NCBI GenBank assembly: GCA_943359325.1
Contig: CALRHD010000002.1
Span: forward strand, 4,629 to 68,628
Source: Candidatus Uhrbacteria bacterium
GTDB taxonomy: Bacteria; Patescibacteriota; Patescibacteriia; UBA9934
DNA: 64,000 nt
Direction of reading: 5' to 3'
Of the stretch, positions 30,875 through 39,331 are shown piece by piece (position 1 is the stretch's first letter; each line of letters begins with the position of its first letter). The notes beneath the pieces were generated by a model. It saw only the letters and a list, made by a program, of their open reading frames with translations, ran no database searches and was not told where the DNA came from. The position numbers and the translations under genes are program-made.

Positions 30875-31706
30875 AATAATCAGCAATAATGAACACCGGC
30901 GCCGTTACTGCAGCAACGAGTGTTGAGAGAATTTGGCTTATGGCGCCAACGAAAATTTCGAGCGCACTTTGGTCGATAAACTCTGTCGCGGGAACCAGTG
31001 CGGCAGAGAGCACGAACATGAGAAGCGAAATAAGCAGCTGTACGAAAAGAATAATGACGAGGAGCGTGAGTTTCGGCACGAGCACACGAAGCATGGTCGC
31101 CCACCAGCGGCCCTTGACCAGTGCGAATGCGCGGCGAATGCTCGCCACAACACCGCCTTTTTCGAGCATGAGTGAAAGCGGTGCCATGGGGAAGACGACA
31201 ATACAGTATGCGATAAGAATCGCCGATGTGACGCCGCCAAAAAAGAGGAAAAACATGCCAAGCGACGGGAGTACAACGCCGCTGTGTTCCTGTAGAGCAG
31301 AAATGAAAAGCATGCCAACTCCCGGTAGCACGAGTAGACATGCACCGAGTACAAGAATACCGAGCGCAAGACCTTGGAGGAATAGTTTGGCGACAATGTT
31401 TGGAATTTGCGCACGAATACTCGCAGGTTTTTTTCCGACTTCGAATGCGCTGGTTGACAGCACTACGCCGCCAAAAATGCCATACCCAATGCACAGCGCG
31501 AACAGTGCATTGAGGAACATGAGTATGACAACGGCGAGGGTTCCTGCGAATGAGTCAGCAAACAAAGGGAACAGCACCATGCTCACGATAATCAGCGGTA
31601 CGCCGAGCAACATCCACAGCGCAATCCGCATGTAGTCGCCGAAATGTTTTTCGTAGAGGTGAAATGTTTTATCGACGATTTGGCCGATGCTGATGAGTTG
31701 GATCAT
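30810..31706 (-). CDS. Integral membrane protein (GDPD-membrane-domain-like)
   Basis: Multiple TMs, LEKGGVVASIRRAFALVKGRWW motif. Confidence 0.75.
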   Translation of the reverse strand: MIQLISIGQIVDKTFHLYEKHFGDYMRIALWMLLGVPLIIVSMVLFPLFADSFAGTLAVVILMFLNALFALCIGYGIFGGVVLSTSAFEVGKKPASIRAQIPNIVAKLFLQGLALGILVLGACLLVLPGVGMLFISALQEHSGVVLPSLGMFFLFFGGVTSAILIAYCIVVFPMAPLSLMLEKGGVVASIRRAFALVKGRWWATMLRVLVPKLTLLVIILFVQLLISLLMFVLSAALVPATEFIDQSALEIFVGAISQILSTLVAAVTAPVFIIADYYVFQSLVATRTSASGRTAESS

Positions 31707-31790
31707 AATAAATAGAGTATATCAAACTTTCCTCTTCTTTGTCCCCAATGCCCGTTGACCGACGGGGTAAGGCGGGTAAGATGCCGATGT

Positions 31791-33614
31791 ATGACAAATG
31801 CATCGCGGTATAGAAAACTTGAGTCGAGCGATCGCAAGGCGACGTTTGCCGTTGCGAACGGTAGCGAAGAAACGCGGCAAGTAGCGTACGGAGACGGCGA
31901 CATGTTGCCGTACCGTTCGTTCGTAGCCGAAGAGGCGTTTTCGCTTGTTGAGCCGTATATTTTGTCGCCCGAGAGCAACATCACTGCCCTCAACATGCAG
32001 AAATTGAGTGGCGTTGCAGGTGCCATGCTTGCACGTCAAAGTCGCATTCAGGGTACTGTCGTTGACGTACTCATGAAGGAATTTTTGGTGACCAGCCCAG
32101 ACGAAGCGGTTGAGTTGGGCGTCGAGATTGGTGATTTGAAACGCGCAAAGCTCGACGGGATTATTGAGCGCATTCTTATTCAGTACGGCGATGACTCGGT
32201 GCAGGAGCTCGAAACCGCAACTGTGCTTTTTAATTCCGTAAGCAATCTTGCGACGAAAGTCATTGAAGACCGTCGGCTTGGTGGGTACATCGAACAGTCG
32301 AGTCGGTATGTGTACTACACGGATCGCGACCCTGTCACAGGACGATGGTGGTATGTGCGCGAGCCGCGGATTATGGCGAGCCGTTTGGGTGGGAGCTATG
32401 TCGTGCTCATGGACAAAGCGTTCGATGTGTATGCCCGGCTTGCAGACGCGTTGACTGCACACTACGAAATCATCAAACCCGTTGACGGCGCGGAATACGC
32501 CGTGCGGCCGAACGATGCAACGAAATATCGGTTGGCGGATTTAACAGACGAAAAAGAAATCAAAGAATTCAAGCGCGTCTATAAGTTTGACCTGAAAACA
32601 AAAGCGTGCGACACGGCGCGCATCGTGTTGCCTGCGTCGACATTGACGAATGTGGCAATGGTTGCGAACGGCCGCACGTTTGAGCATTTGCTCAAGCGAC
32701 TCTACGCAACCGATAATGCAGAGTTTCAGGACATCGCGGAACGGTTACACGCAACGCTCAATAAAGTTATTCCGAAGTATGTGAAGCGTGCGTCGAAAAA
32801 CGGCGAGGCGTACACGAAGGGCGTTGACGCACGAACCGTGACGCAAATTGCGCGCGAATTTCCCGAATTGCTGCAGTTCGTCCGATCGAAGAGCGAAGTT
32901 GAGTGGGTCATAGACCCTGAGTCAGATCGAAGAGTCGAAGAGGTTGTGCAATATTTGGCGACAACGTATTACCCGTTTTGTCGTGTATCGTTCGCAACGA
33001 TCATTTCGACGCTTGCTGCGTGTCCGTACGAACGTCTTGTGTCGCTCGTCAAAGAAATTATCGGCGAGCGCATGACGCGTCGCGATAGGCTCGGTCGTGG
33101 GTTTGAAGCGGGTTATCCGTTTACGTTCGACATTACGGGGAACTTTGGAATTTTTCGTGATTTGCATCGGCATCGTATGCTCACGCAGCAGCGTCAACTG
33201 CTGAACCCACATATTGGTTTTACGGTGCCGCAAGATGTGGAGGACATTGGCATGGGCGACGAAGTGCGAAGCTTGGAGGCAGAAATTCGCGGCTTGTACG
33301 ACGAGCTCGCCAACGAAGTGAGCCACGAGGCGGCGCAGTACTGCGTGTTGTTTGGGCACCATATTCGTTTTACGATGGGCTTTAATTTGCGTGAAGCGCA
33401 GCACTTCCTCGAACTTCGCACTGTGCCGCAGGGGCACCCAGACTACCGTCGCGTGTGCCAAACGATGCACAACATGATCATTCGTCGTACGCCATGGCTT
33501 CATGACACCGGGATTTTTACATTCGTCGATCACAATGACTACCCTTGGAGCCGCGCCGACGCCGAAGCCCGTCAATCGCAAAAACGCATCGCAAAGGGGT
33601 TGACGGAGGAGTAA
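31791..33614 (+). CDS. thyX: Double-domain flavin-dependent thymidylate synthase ThyX
   Basis: Two Thy1 repeats: IEDRRLGGYIEQSSRY...DTARIVLP and FRDLHRHRMLTQQ...ELRTVPQGHPDYR. Confidence 0.88.
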   Translation: MTNASRYRKLESSDRKATFAVANGSEETRQVAYGDGDMLPYRSFVAEEAFSLVEPYILSPESNITALNMQKLSGVAGAMLARQSRIQGTVVDVLMKEFLVTSPDEAVELGVEIGDLKRAKLDGIIERILIQYGDDSVQELETATVLFNSVSNLATKVIEDRRLGGYIEQSSRYVYYTDRDPVTGRWWYVREPRIMASRLGGSYVVLMDKAFDVYARLADALTAHYEIIKPVDGAEYAVRPNDATKYRLADLTDEKEIKEFKRVYKFDLKTKACDTARIVLPASTLTNVAMVANGRTFEHLLKRLYATDNAEFQDIAERLHATLNKVIPKYVKRASKNGEAYTKGVDARTVTQIAREFPELLQFVRSKSEVEWVIDPESDRRVEEVVQYLATTYYPFCRVSFATIISTLAACPYERLVSLVKEIIGERMTRRDRLGRGFEAGYPFTFDITGNFGIFRDLHRHRMLTQQRQLLNPHIGFTVPQDVEDIGMGDEVRSLEAEIRGLYDELANEVSHEAAQYCVLFGHHIRFTMGFNLREAQHFLELRTVPQGHPDYRRVCQTMHNMIIRRTPWLHDTGIFTFVDHNDYPWSRADAEARQSQKRIAKGLTEE

Positions 33615-33621
33615 TGAAGTT

Positions 33622-33656
33622 TGTGGATAACTATGTCCACGACTCAGTTGCGGACA
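33622..33656 (+). repeat. REP family 1, copy 5, between convergent thyX and dcd
   Basis: TGTGGATAA-CTA-TGTCCACGACTCAGTTGCGGACA; abuts the dcd stop codon (33657). Confidence 0.9.
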
Positions 33657-34769
33657 TCACATCTTAAAGTGTTTGCTGAGCCGTGGACCACGTTGCCGAT
33701 AGTAGTTTGAGGCAAGTTTGGCGTCGCCGTAGAGAAGTTCGGCGGGGGCGGCGAGGCGTTCGTAGATCATTTTGCAGATGGGTTGGCCGTCGCGCAGCAC
33801 GAAGTCGATGTCGTGGGTGAAAATTTCGAGAACACCCGGCGTGCCACGTATGGCACCTTCTGCACCATACCCAAATCCAGGGTCGAAAAACCCTGCGTAG
33901 TGCGAACGAAATTCGCCTTTGCTCGGGTCGTACGCAGCCATTTCTGCGGCGTACCCGTCGGGAACGCGAAGACATTCTTTTGTTGCGAAGATGTAGAAAT
34001 CTCCTCGGCGCATCATAAATTGGCCGTTCTTTGGGCGCATGATAGGTTCAAAGAATTCTGCAGGGTCATAATCGCGTTTTGCAAAGTCGAGCACGCGACA
34101 CGCGGTCGGGGAGCTTGAGTACCCAATTATGTCTTCGCTTGAAAGGTCAACAGACATCACCACACCGTCTTTGTCGACTGTAGCGCGATCGGCACGATAG
34201 GCGTTTCCCGCAAGGTCGCAGAGCAATTGCGACTGGTCGACGAGTCGGAAATGGTCGGCGTCAGAAAGCCGCGCGTCGCACGTGGCAAAACGCATCTGAT
34301 TGACTCGCTCTCCTGCATCGAGCTTCACAGGAAATGATTTTGGAATAACTTCGAGCCATAACTCGCCCTTGTATCCGCTTGGCACCATGTCGAATCGTGA
34401 AACACCGTCAATGAGAAGACGTGTTTGCAAATTGATACGGCCGGAGGACGACTTGTTGTTTGTGTATGCGTGGACAGCGTCGGGGAGCGACAGCATTTCG
34501 TTTAGCCGCACCAAATAAATGCCGAACAGCTCGAGGGGGTGCTGTAAGTCGCAGCGATACAGCATACCGTCTTTGATAAGTTCGCGAATTGTTTCGCCAC
34601 GGCGTGGAAGAAACGTACCCCGCATGCGGTATACTTCTCCCGAGAGCGACAGGTCGAGTGACGACGGCTGAAGGTGCTCAGTTTTCGCGCCATGAATGTG
34701 CCCCTCGGCCATGAGGGTACGGATATATTGGAGGGGAAGTGCGCCACGAACGTCGATCCAGTTGGTCAT
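33657..34769 (-). CDS. dcd: dCTP deaminase (long, two-domain form)
   Basis: QPSSLDL, NKSSSGR, GEFRSHYAGFFDPGFG, NYYRQ...LSKHF. Confidence 0.9.
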   Translation of the reverse strand: MTNWIDVRGALPLQYIRTLMAEGHIHGAKTEHLQPSSLDLSLSGEVYRMRGTFLPRRGETIRELIKDGMLYRCDLQHPLELFGIYLVRLNEMLSLPDAVHAYTNNKSSSGRINLQTRLLIDGVSRFDMVPSGYKGELWLEVIPKSFPVKLDAGERVNQMRFATCDARLSDADHFRLVDQSQLLCDLAGNAYRADRATVDKDGVVMSVDLSSEDIIGYSSSPTACRVLDFAKRDYDPAEFFEPIMRPKNGQFMMRRGDFYIFATKECLRVPDGYAAEMAAYDPSKGEFRSHYAGFFDPGFGYGAEGAIRGTPGVLEIFTHDIDFVLRDGQPICKMIYERLAAPAELLYGDAKLASNYYRQRGPRLSKHFKM

Positions 34770-34827
34770 ACCGCTACACGCTACCAGCTACACGCTACTT
34801 CGAAAAGGGGATAAACTGATGATAATT

Positions 34828-35334
34828 ATGCACATCACGATTCTTGCCGCCATGAGCGCTGACGGCCGTATTGCAACGAGCCGTGACGAGCTCGTTGACT
34901 GGACAAGTCCGGAAGACAAGCAGTTTTTTGTATTAAAAACAAAGGAGGCAGGCGTCGTCGTTATGGGGCGTCGCACATTTGAAACGCTCGGCGAACCATT
35001 GTCGGAGCGCCTGAACGTCGTCATGTCGCACCAGCAAGCATTGTTTCCTGACGTTCCTGGAGTCGTTGAATGTACAAGCGAATCGCCGCACGGTGTGGTG
35101 CACTCGCTCGAATCTCGCGGGTATATGAAGGCAGTCGTTATTGGCGGCCACGAAATTTATTCTGCGTTTCTTTCGGCAGACTTGGTGACGGATATGTATC
35201 TCACTATCGAACCACGTATTTTTGGCGACGGCGTTCCGTTCGTTGAGGGGATCGCAGCAAAAAAATTGCAGCTGATGTCTGCAGAAAAACTTGGTGGGCA
35301 GTCGGTGCTGTTGCACTACGTTGCGCTTTCATGA
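34828..35334 (+). CDS. Dihydrofolate reductase / RibD C-terminal-like reductase
   Basis: AAMSADGRIA, WTSPEDKQFF, VMGRRTF, IGGHEIY, TIEPRIFGDG. Confidence 0.85.
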   Translation: MHITILAAMSADGRIATSRDELVDWTSPEDKQFFVLKTKEAGVVVMGRRTFETLGEPLSERLNVVMSHQQALFPDVPGVVECTSESPHGVVHSLESRGYMKAVVIGGHEIYSAFLSADLVTDMYLTIEPRIFGDGVPFVEGIAAKKLQLMSAEKLGGQSVLLHYVALS

Positions 35335-36552
35335 CTGATCGTTCGTGGATGACTTGTGAAAAATAAGTGTGTTGCCAATCACGGGAAGTATTTCGATAAT
35401 CGTGCCGTCGATTTCCGTTCCTCCAGACGTTCCGTCGGACCAAACGAGTGCGTTCACATCCATACCAAGTGCGGAAAGTTCCGTTTCTGAAGGGAGCGCC
35501 GCAGACATGGAATCGGATTGTAGCGCGCTTGCGCGAACAGTCTGAACGTGGAGTGCGTAGGGTGTTGTCGTTCCTGCAGGAATAGTTTCGGCTGTGGTGA
35601 GTGTCGCAGAAAGAAAAGCAACATCGTCTCTGTTTGGTGTGCATGCGTTGCCATTTGCGCGATATGCAACCCATGTTGCGGGGACTTCCGTGTTCGTAAG
35701 CGTGTTCACAAGTTTGAAATTGCTTGTATCCGCGCCGAGCGTTTTGCAGGTATTCCACACGGTGCCCGCATTATCGGTTGTGGTGAGAGAAAAGACGACG
35801 CTGTTAAACGTGATGTCGCCCGCCGCTTCAGCAGTTGCGTCGACGCGGAGCACCTCAAGAAAACTCGGTTCAACGTAACCCATCGGCGAAAGTGTCGACA
35901 GGGTGAGTGTCGGCTTTGTGTTGCGGAGTGTCATGCCGTTTGCGGCGTAGTTTTTGTTGACGTCCGTCTGTGTAATGACTCTTCCTGAAAACAGCGTTGC
36001 CGAAAATTCTTTTGTGCGCGCATTGATTGCTACCTGGAATTGCATGCCGGACGTTACCGCTGTGTCGTCGATTGCGGCAGTTGAAATATTGACGTCGACG
36101 GTTGCCGTGAGGCTATGCGCGACAAGAAGTGAAAGGTCAGAAAACGTCAGCGACCCGTCGACGAATACACCCGTGACCACCTGCGTGTTGCCGTTGCTGC
36201 TCGTTGCAGTAAGCGTGACGAGTGGTGCAACAAGGTCGGAACCGAGTGCCTCTGTACCGTCGATGCAATCGCCATCGCTATCTTTTGGTGTTGCGACACA
36301 ATTGTGCAGCGTGAGCGTGTGGATAGTCATGTCTTCACGACCGCCACGAAAAGTGAAGTGTGCAACGTGAACGTCGGGTTGGCTGTCGAGTATGATTGCG
36401 GCTTGTGGGCTGTCTACAGCAGAGACGCTAAAAAAGGGAAGCGGCGTTGCAGCACGTGATGGCTGCGTGAGCGTGACGGCGCTCATGGTGCCGATCGCGA
36501 GTCCCATTGCGCTGAACACCATTGCGGCATGAAAGTGAAAGTGGCGGTGCAT
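35329..36552 (-). CDS. Secreted Thr/Ser-rich beta-sandwich surface protein
   Basis: Signal-peptide-like N-terminus, beta-rich composition, paired Cys. Confidence 0.65.
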   Translation of the reverse strand: MHRHFHFHAAMVFSAMGLAIGTMSAVTLTQPSRAATPLPFFSVSAVDSPQAAIILDSQPDVHVAHFTFRGGREDMTIHTLTLHNCVATPKDSDGDCIDGTEALGSDLVAPLVTLTATSSNGNTQVVTGVFVDGSLTFSDLSLLVAHSLTATVDVNISTAAIDDTAVTSGMQFQVAINARTKEFSATLFSGRVITQTDVNKNYAANGMTLRNTKPTLTLSTLSPMGYVEPSFLEVLRVDATAEAAGDITFNSVVFSLTTTDNAGTVWNTCKTLGADTSNFKLVNTLTNTEVPATWVAYRANGNACTPNRDDVAFLSATLTTAETIPAGTTTPYALHVQTVRASALQSDSMSAALPSETELSALGMDVNALVWSDGTSGGTEIDGTIIEILPVIGNTLIFHKSSTNDQS

Positions 36553-36584
36553 ACAAAGAAGTTGAATTTTTTTTAGTATAACAC

Positions 36585-36609
36585 AAAAGCTCGGGACATT
36601 CCCGAGCTT
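36585..36609 (-). terminator. Intrinsic terminator after rplA
   Basis: AAGCTCGGGA-CAT-TCCCGAGCTT stem with a T-tract on the minus strand. Confidence 0.75.
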
Positions 36610-36617
36610 CTGCCTTT

Positions 36618-37304
36618 TTACAAACTTCCTACGTCGAGCATGACTGCTGGCCCCATGGTGGACGTGAGCGTTGCCGACTTGATGAAGATGCCTTTGCTTG
36701 ATGCAGGTTTTGCTTTCTTGACTGCGTCGAGTGCGGTTTGCACATTGAGTACGAGCTTCTCGGCACTAAACGATGCTTTGCCGAGGATCATGTGGAGATT
36801 ACTCGTGTTGTCGTTTTTGAATGCGACCTTTCCACCCTTTTGCTCCTCGATAATTTTTGCGATGTTCGGACCGACGGTGTCAGTTTTTGGGTTCGGCATG
36901 AGTCCGCGTGGGCCGAGAATTTTTGCGGCCTTCGCGAGTTTCGGCATCATGAGCGGGATTGCCACGGCAACGTCGAAGTCGATTTTTCCTGTTTTCGCGA
37001 TTGTGTCGATGACTTCTTCGGTACCAATAATGTCGGCACCTGCGGCCTTTGCGGCAGCTTCGTTGTTTGCGTCAACGAACGCGATGACGCGTTTTATTTT
37101 ACCCGTACCGTGTGGCAGAGTGACGGTGGCACGAATTTGCTGGTCACCTTGCTTTGGGTCGATGCCGAGCGCAAGGTGCATCTCCACGGTTTCGTCGAAC
37201 TTTGCGGTCGCGGCGCCTTTGACGAGCTCAACTGCGGCTGCGATAGAGTACGTCGTCTTATTGTCGATTGCTTTTTTTGCCGCGGTGAATCGTTTGCTTG
37301 TCAT
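36618..37304 (-). CDS. rplA: 50S ribosomal protein L1
   Basis: AKFDETVE, LPHGTGK, ILGPRGLMPNPK, TSTMGP. Confidence 0.98.
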   Translation of the reverse strand: MTSKRFTAAKKAIDNKTTYSIAAAVELVKGAATAKFDETVEMHLALGIDPKQGDQQIRATVTLPHGTGKIKRVIAFVDANNEAAAKAAGADIIGTEEVIDTIAKTGKIDFDVAVAIPLMMPKLAKAAKILGPRGLMPNPKTDTVGPNIAKIIEEQKGGKVAFKNDNTSNLHMILGKASFSAEKLVLNVQTALDAVKKAKPASSKGIFIKSATLTSTMGPAVMLDVGSL

Positions 37305-37313
37305 AATATTTTT

Positions 37314-37344
37314 GTGGTGATGGCGACCCGTTTGAGTCTCCCAC
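37314..37344 (-). promoter_or_regulatory. Putative L1-binding autoregulatory RNA site
   Basis: Minus strand GTGGGAGACTCAAACGGGTCGCCATCACCAC: two helices with a GGAG internal loop, like known L1 operators. Confidence 0.6.
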
Positions 37345-37354
37345 GCATTAAAAT

Positions 37355-37783
37355 TTATTTTTCATCTTTCTCATTTTTCCAGTCGCGATACACGACGCGG
37401 AAGTGAATGACGAAGAGGGGGAGTGACACGAGGATGAGTGCGAGGTTGCGCACGGCTTGGTTTGCTTTTTGTGTTTTGTAGTTTAGGAGGTTCGTTGCAT
37501 TGCTTGCCTCGCAGCGTGCTTTTGTTTCTTCTGGCGTCAACGTAACATTCTCTGCTATCGACGGGTCGGCCTTTGTCGGACGCGACAATGTACCGAACTG
37601 GTAGCCTGCGTCAGGACTGTCGCAGTTGACTATTCCATATTCTGGAACGTCTGCTGCAGTGAAGATGTACGTCTTGAGGCCGATCGACAAAAAGTCGATA
37701 GCGCCGTACATGAGCGTGAAGAGCGTGACTGCGGCAACAACTCCGAAGTACAGGCGAAGAATGAGCGAGCTACCTTTTGTCAT
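37355..37783 (-). CDS. DUF5671-like two-TM membrane protein between rplK and rplA
   Basis: RLYFGVVAAVTL...LILVSLPLFVIHF pattern. Confidence 0.7.
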   Translation of the reverse strand: MTKGSSLILRLYFGVVAAVTLFTLMYGAIDFLSIGLKTYIFTAADVPEYGIVNCDSPDAGYQFGTLSRPTKADPSIAENVTLTPEETKARCEASNATNLLNYKTQKANQAVRNLALILVSLPLFVIHFRVVYRDWKNEKDEK

Positions 37784-37810
37784 ACGAAGAGATTAATGAT
37801 GATGTGAGGA

Positions 37811-38239
37811 TTATACCTCAACATCCACTCCCATCTGTCGGCATGTTCCCGCAATAATACGCATTGCTGCGTCGATATCCTTCGTGTTCAAGTCGGGCAG
37901 TTTGCGTTCTGCGATGTCCTTTAGCTGTGCTTTTGTCAGCTTGCCCTTTTTTTCCGTGTTCGGTTTCCCGCTGCCACGTTCAATGCCGAGCGCCTTTTTG
38001 ATCATGTCGGATGCAGGAGACGTTTTGAGCACGAATTCGAAGCTGCGGTCTTCGTAGATGGTGACAATCGCAGGGACGACTTCGCCGCGGCGGTCTTGCG
38101 TTGCGGCGTTAAATTGCTGACAGAACTGCGCGATGTTTGCACCGTGTTGGCCGAACGTTGGACCGAGCGGTGGTTGCGGGGTTGCAGCACCACCGGGAGC
38201 CTGCACCTTAATAATCGCCTTAATGGGTTTCTTTGCCAT
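37811..38239 (-). CDS. rplK: 50S ribosomal protein L11
   Basis: ATPQPPLGP, FCQQFNA, IAGTCRQMG. Confidence 0.98.
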   Translation of the reverse strand: MAKKPIKAIIKVQAPGGAATPQPPLGPTFGQHGANIAQFCQQFNAATQDRRGEVVPAIVTIYEDRSFEFVLKTSPASDMIKKALGIERGSGKPNTEKKGKLTKAQLKDIAERKLPDLNTKDIDAAMRIIAGTCRQMGVDVEV

Positions 38240-38308
38240 ACGACTTCTTTTTATAGTGGACTCCTCGAAAACTACGAAGTAACCACGTCGTGAATGAAGT
38301 GAGCGCTA

Positions 38309-38854
38309 CTATATCTTCTTTACCTGCAAAAAGTCCAGTTCCAAGGGTGTTTCGCGGCCAAAGAGGGAAACGAGCACACGAATCTTCCCGCGGCCTTCGT
38401 CGACCTTATCGACCTTGCCTTGCTGGCCTTTGAACGGCCCGTCGATGATCGAAATGGGGTCGCCTTTGCTCACATCGATGGTGAATTCTGGTTCGTCGAC
38501 GTGTCCGCGCTTAATTGTTTCGTCCATCTGCTCTTGTGGAATTGGCGTTGGTGTTGTGCCTGTGCCAATGAAGCCGGTGACGTTTGGCGTGTTGCGCACG
38601 ACATACCAAGAGTCGTCAGTCACGATCATTTCAATAAACACGTAGCCCGGAAAGAGTTTTTCTTCCATGACGCGGCGTTTGCCGTTTTTGATTTTGATCT
38701 TTTTTTCCTTCGGCACGAGGATGCTGAAAATTTTGTCACCCATGTCCATGGTCTCAATGCGTTGTTTGAGACTGTCGAGCACACTTTCTTCGTAGCCCGA
38801 GTAGGTATGAATTGCATACCAGCGGCGGCCGTAATTTGCGGTTTGTTTTGCCAT
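38309..38854 (-). CDS. nusG: Transcription termination/antitermination factor NusG
   Basis: WYAIHTYSGYE, FPGYV, VRNTPNVTGF, KOW GPF, FGRETP. Confidence 0.98.
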   Translation of the reverse strand: MAKQTANYGRRWYAIHTYSGYEESVLDSLKQRIETMDMGDKIFSILVPKEKKIKIKNGKRRVMEEKLFPGYVFIEMIVTDDSWYVVRNTPNVTGFIGTGTTPTPIPQEQMDETIKRGHVDEPEFTIDVSKGDPISIIDGPFKGQQGKVDKVDEGRGKIRVLVSLFGRETPLELDFLQVKKI

Positions 38855-38858
38855 ATGT

Positions 38859-39065
38859 TTAGGACGTGAGGTTTACGAGTGCGGCAAGTCCGCGCGTCAT
38901 GAGCCAGTCAAAGAGTCCGAAGTATGCGCCGAGCACGACACTCATTACCATGATAGCGACGCTATAGCGCACAGTATCTTGGCGCGATGGCCATGTGACT
39001 TTTTTTAATTCTTCGTATGCCTCACGGAAGTACCGTACGGCAGCGTTATTGGTGAGTGCGGACAT
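38859..39065 (-). CDS. secE: Preprotein translocase subunit SecE
   Basis: ELKKVTWPSR plus TM; upstream of nusG. Confidence 0.95.
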   Translation of the reverse strand: MSALTNNAAVRYFREAYEELKKVTWPSRQDTVRYSVAIMVMSVVLGAYFGLFDWLMTRGLAALVNLTS

Positions 39066-39074
39066 ACTATATTT

Positions 39075-39200
39075 CAGGACTTTCCCAGTTGTGACGAGTT
39101 TCGATGAACGACGAGTAAAGCTTTCGAGGCGTACAACATGCGTACGTCGAGGAAGTTTACGATGGCGTGAGTCGAAAATCGGCCAACAGGGGAAGTCCTG
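39075..39200. other. 126-nt imperfect rod-like palindrome upstream of secE
   Basis: CAGGACTTTCCC/GGGGAAGTCCTG, GTTG/CAAC, TTTCGA/TCGAAA, GTAAA/TTTAC, TCGA..GTAC/GTAC..TCGA nested stems. Confidence 0.65.
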
Positions 39201-39331
39201 TATTTAAAAAGCCCCTCGCGGGGAACAGAGAAAACTATAAACGATTCATGTTTTTTATGCAAGGGGTTGCGAAAAATGCGGGGGATAACCAGCTGGAAGG
39301 TGATGAATCGATAGGGTAGTATGTTTTTACT

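Noticed and set aside
39066-39330. tRNA-Trp upstream of secE
   Set aside because: No TTCGAA T-loop in a cloverleaf context and no acceptor stem; the region is a long rod instead.
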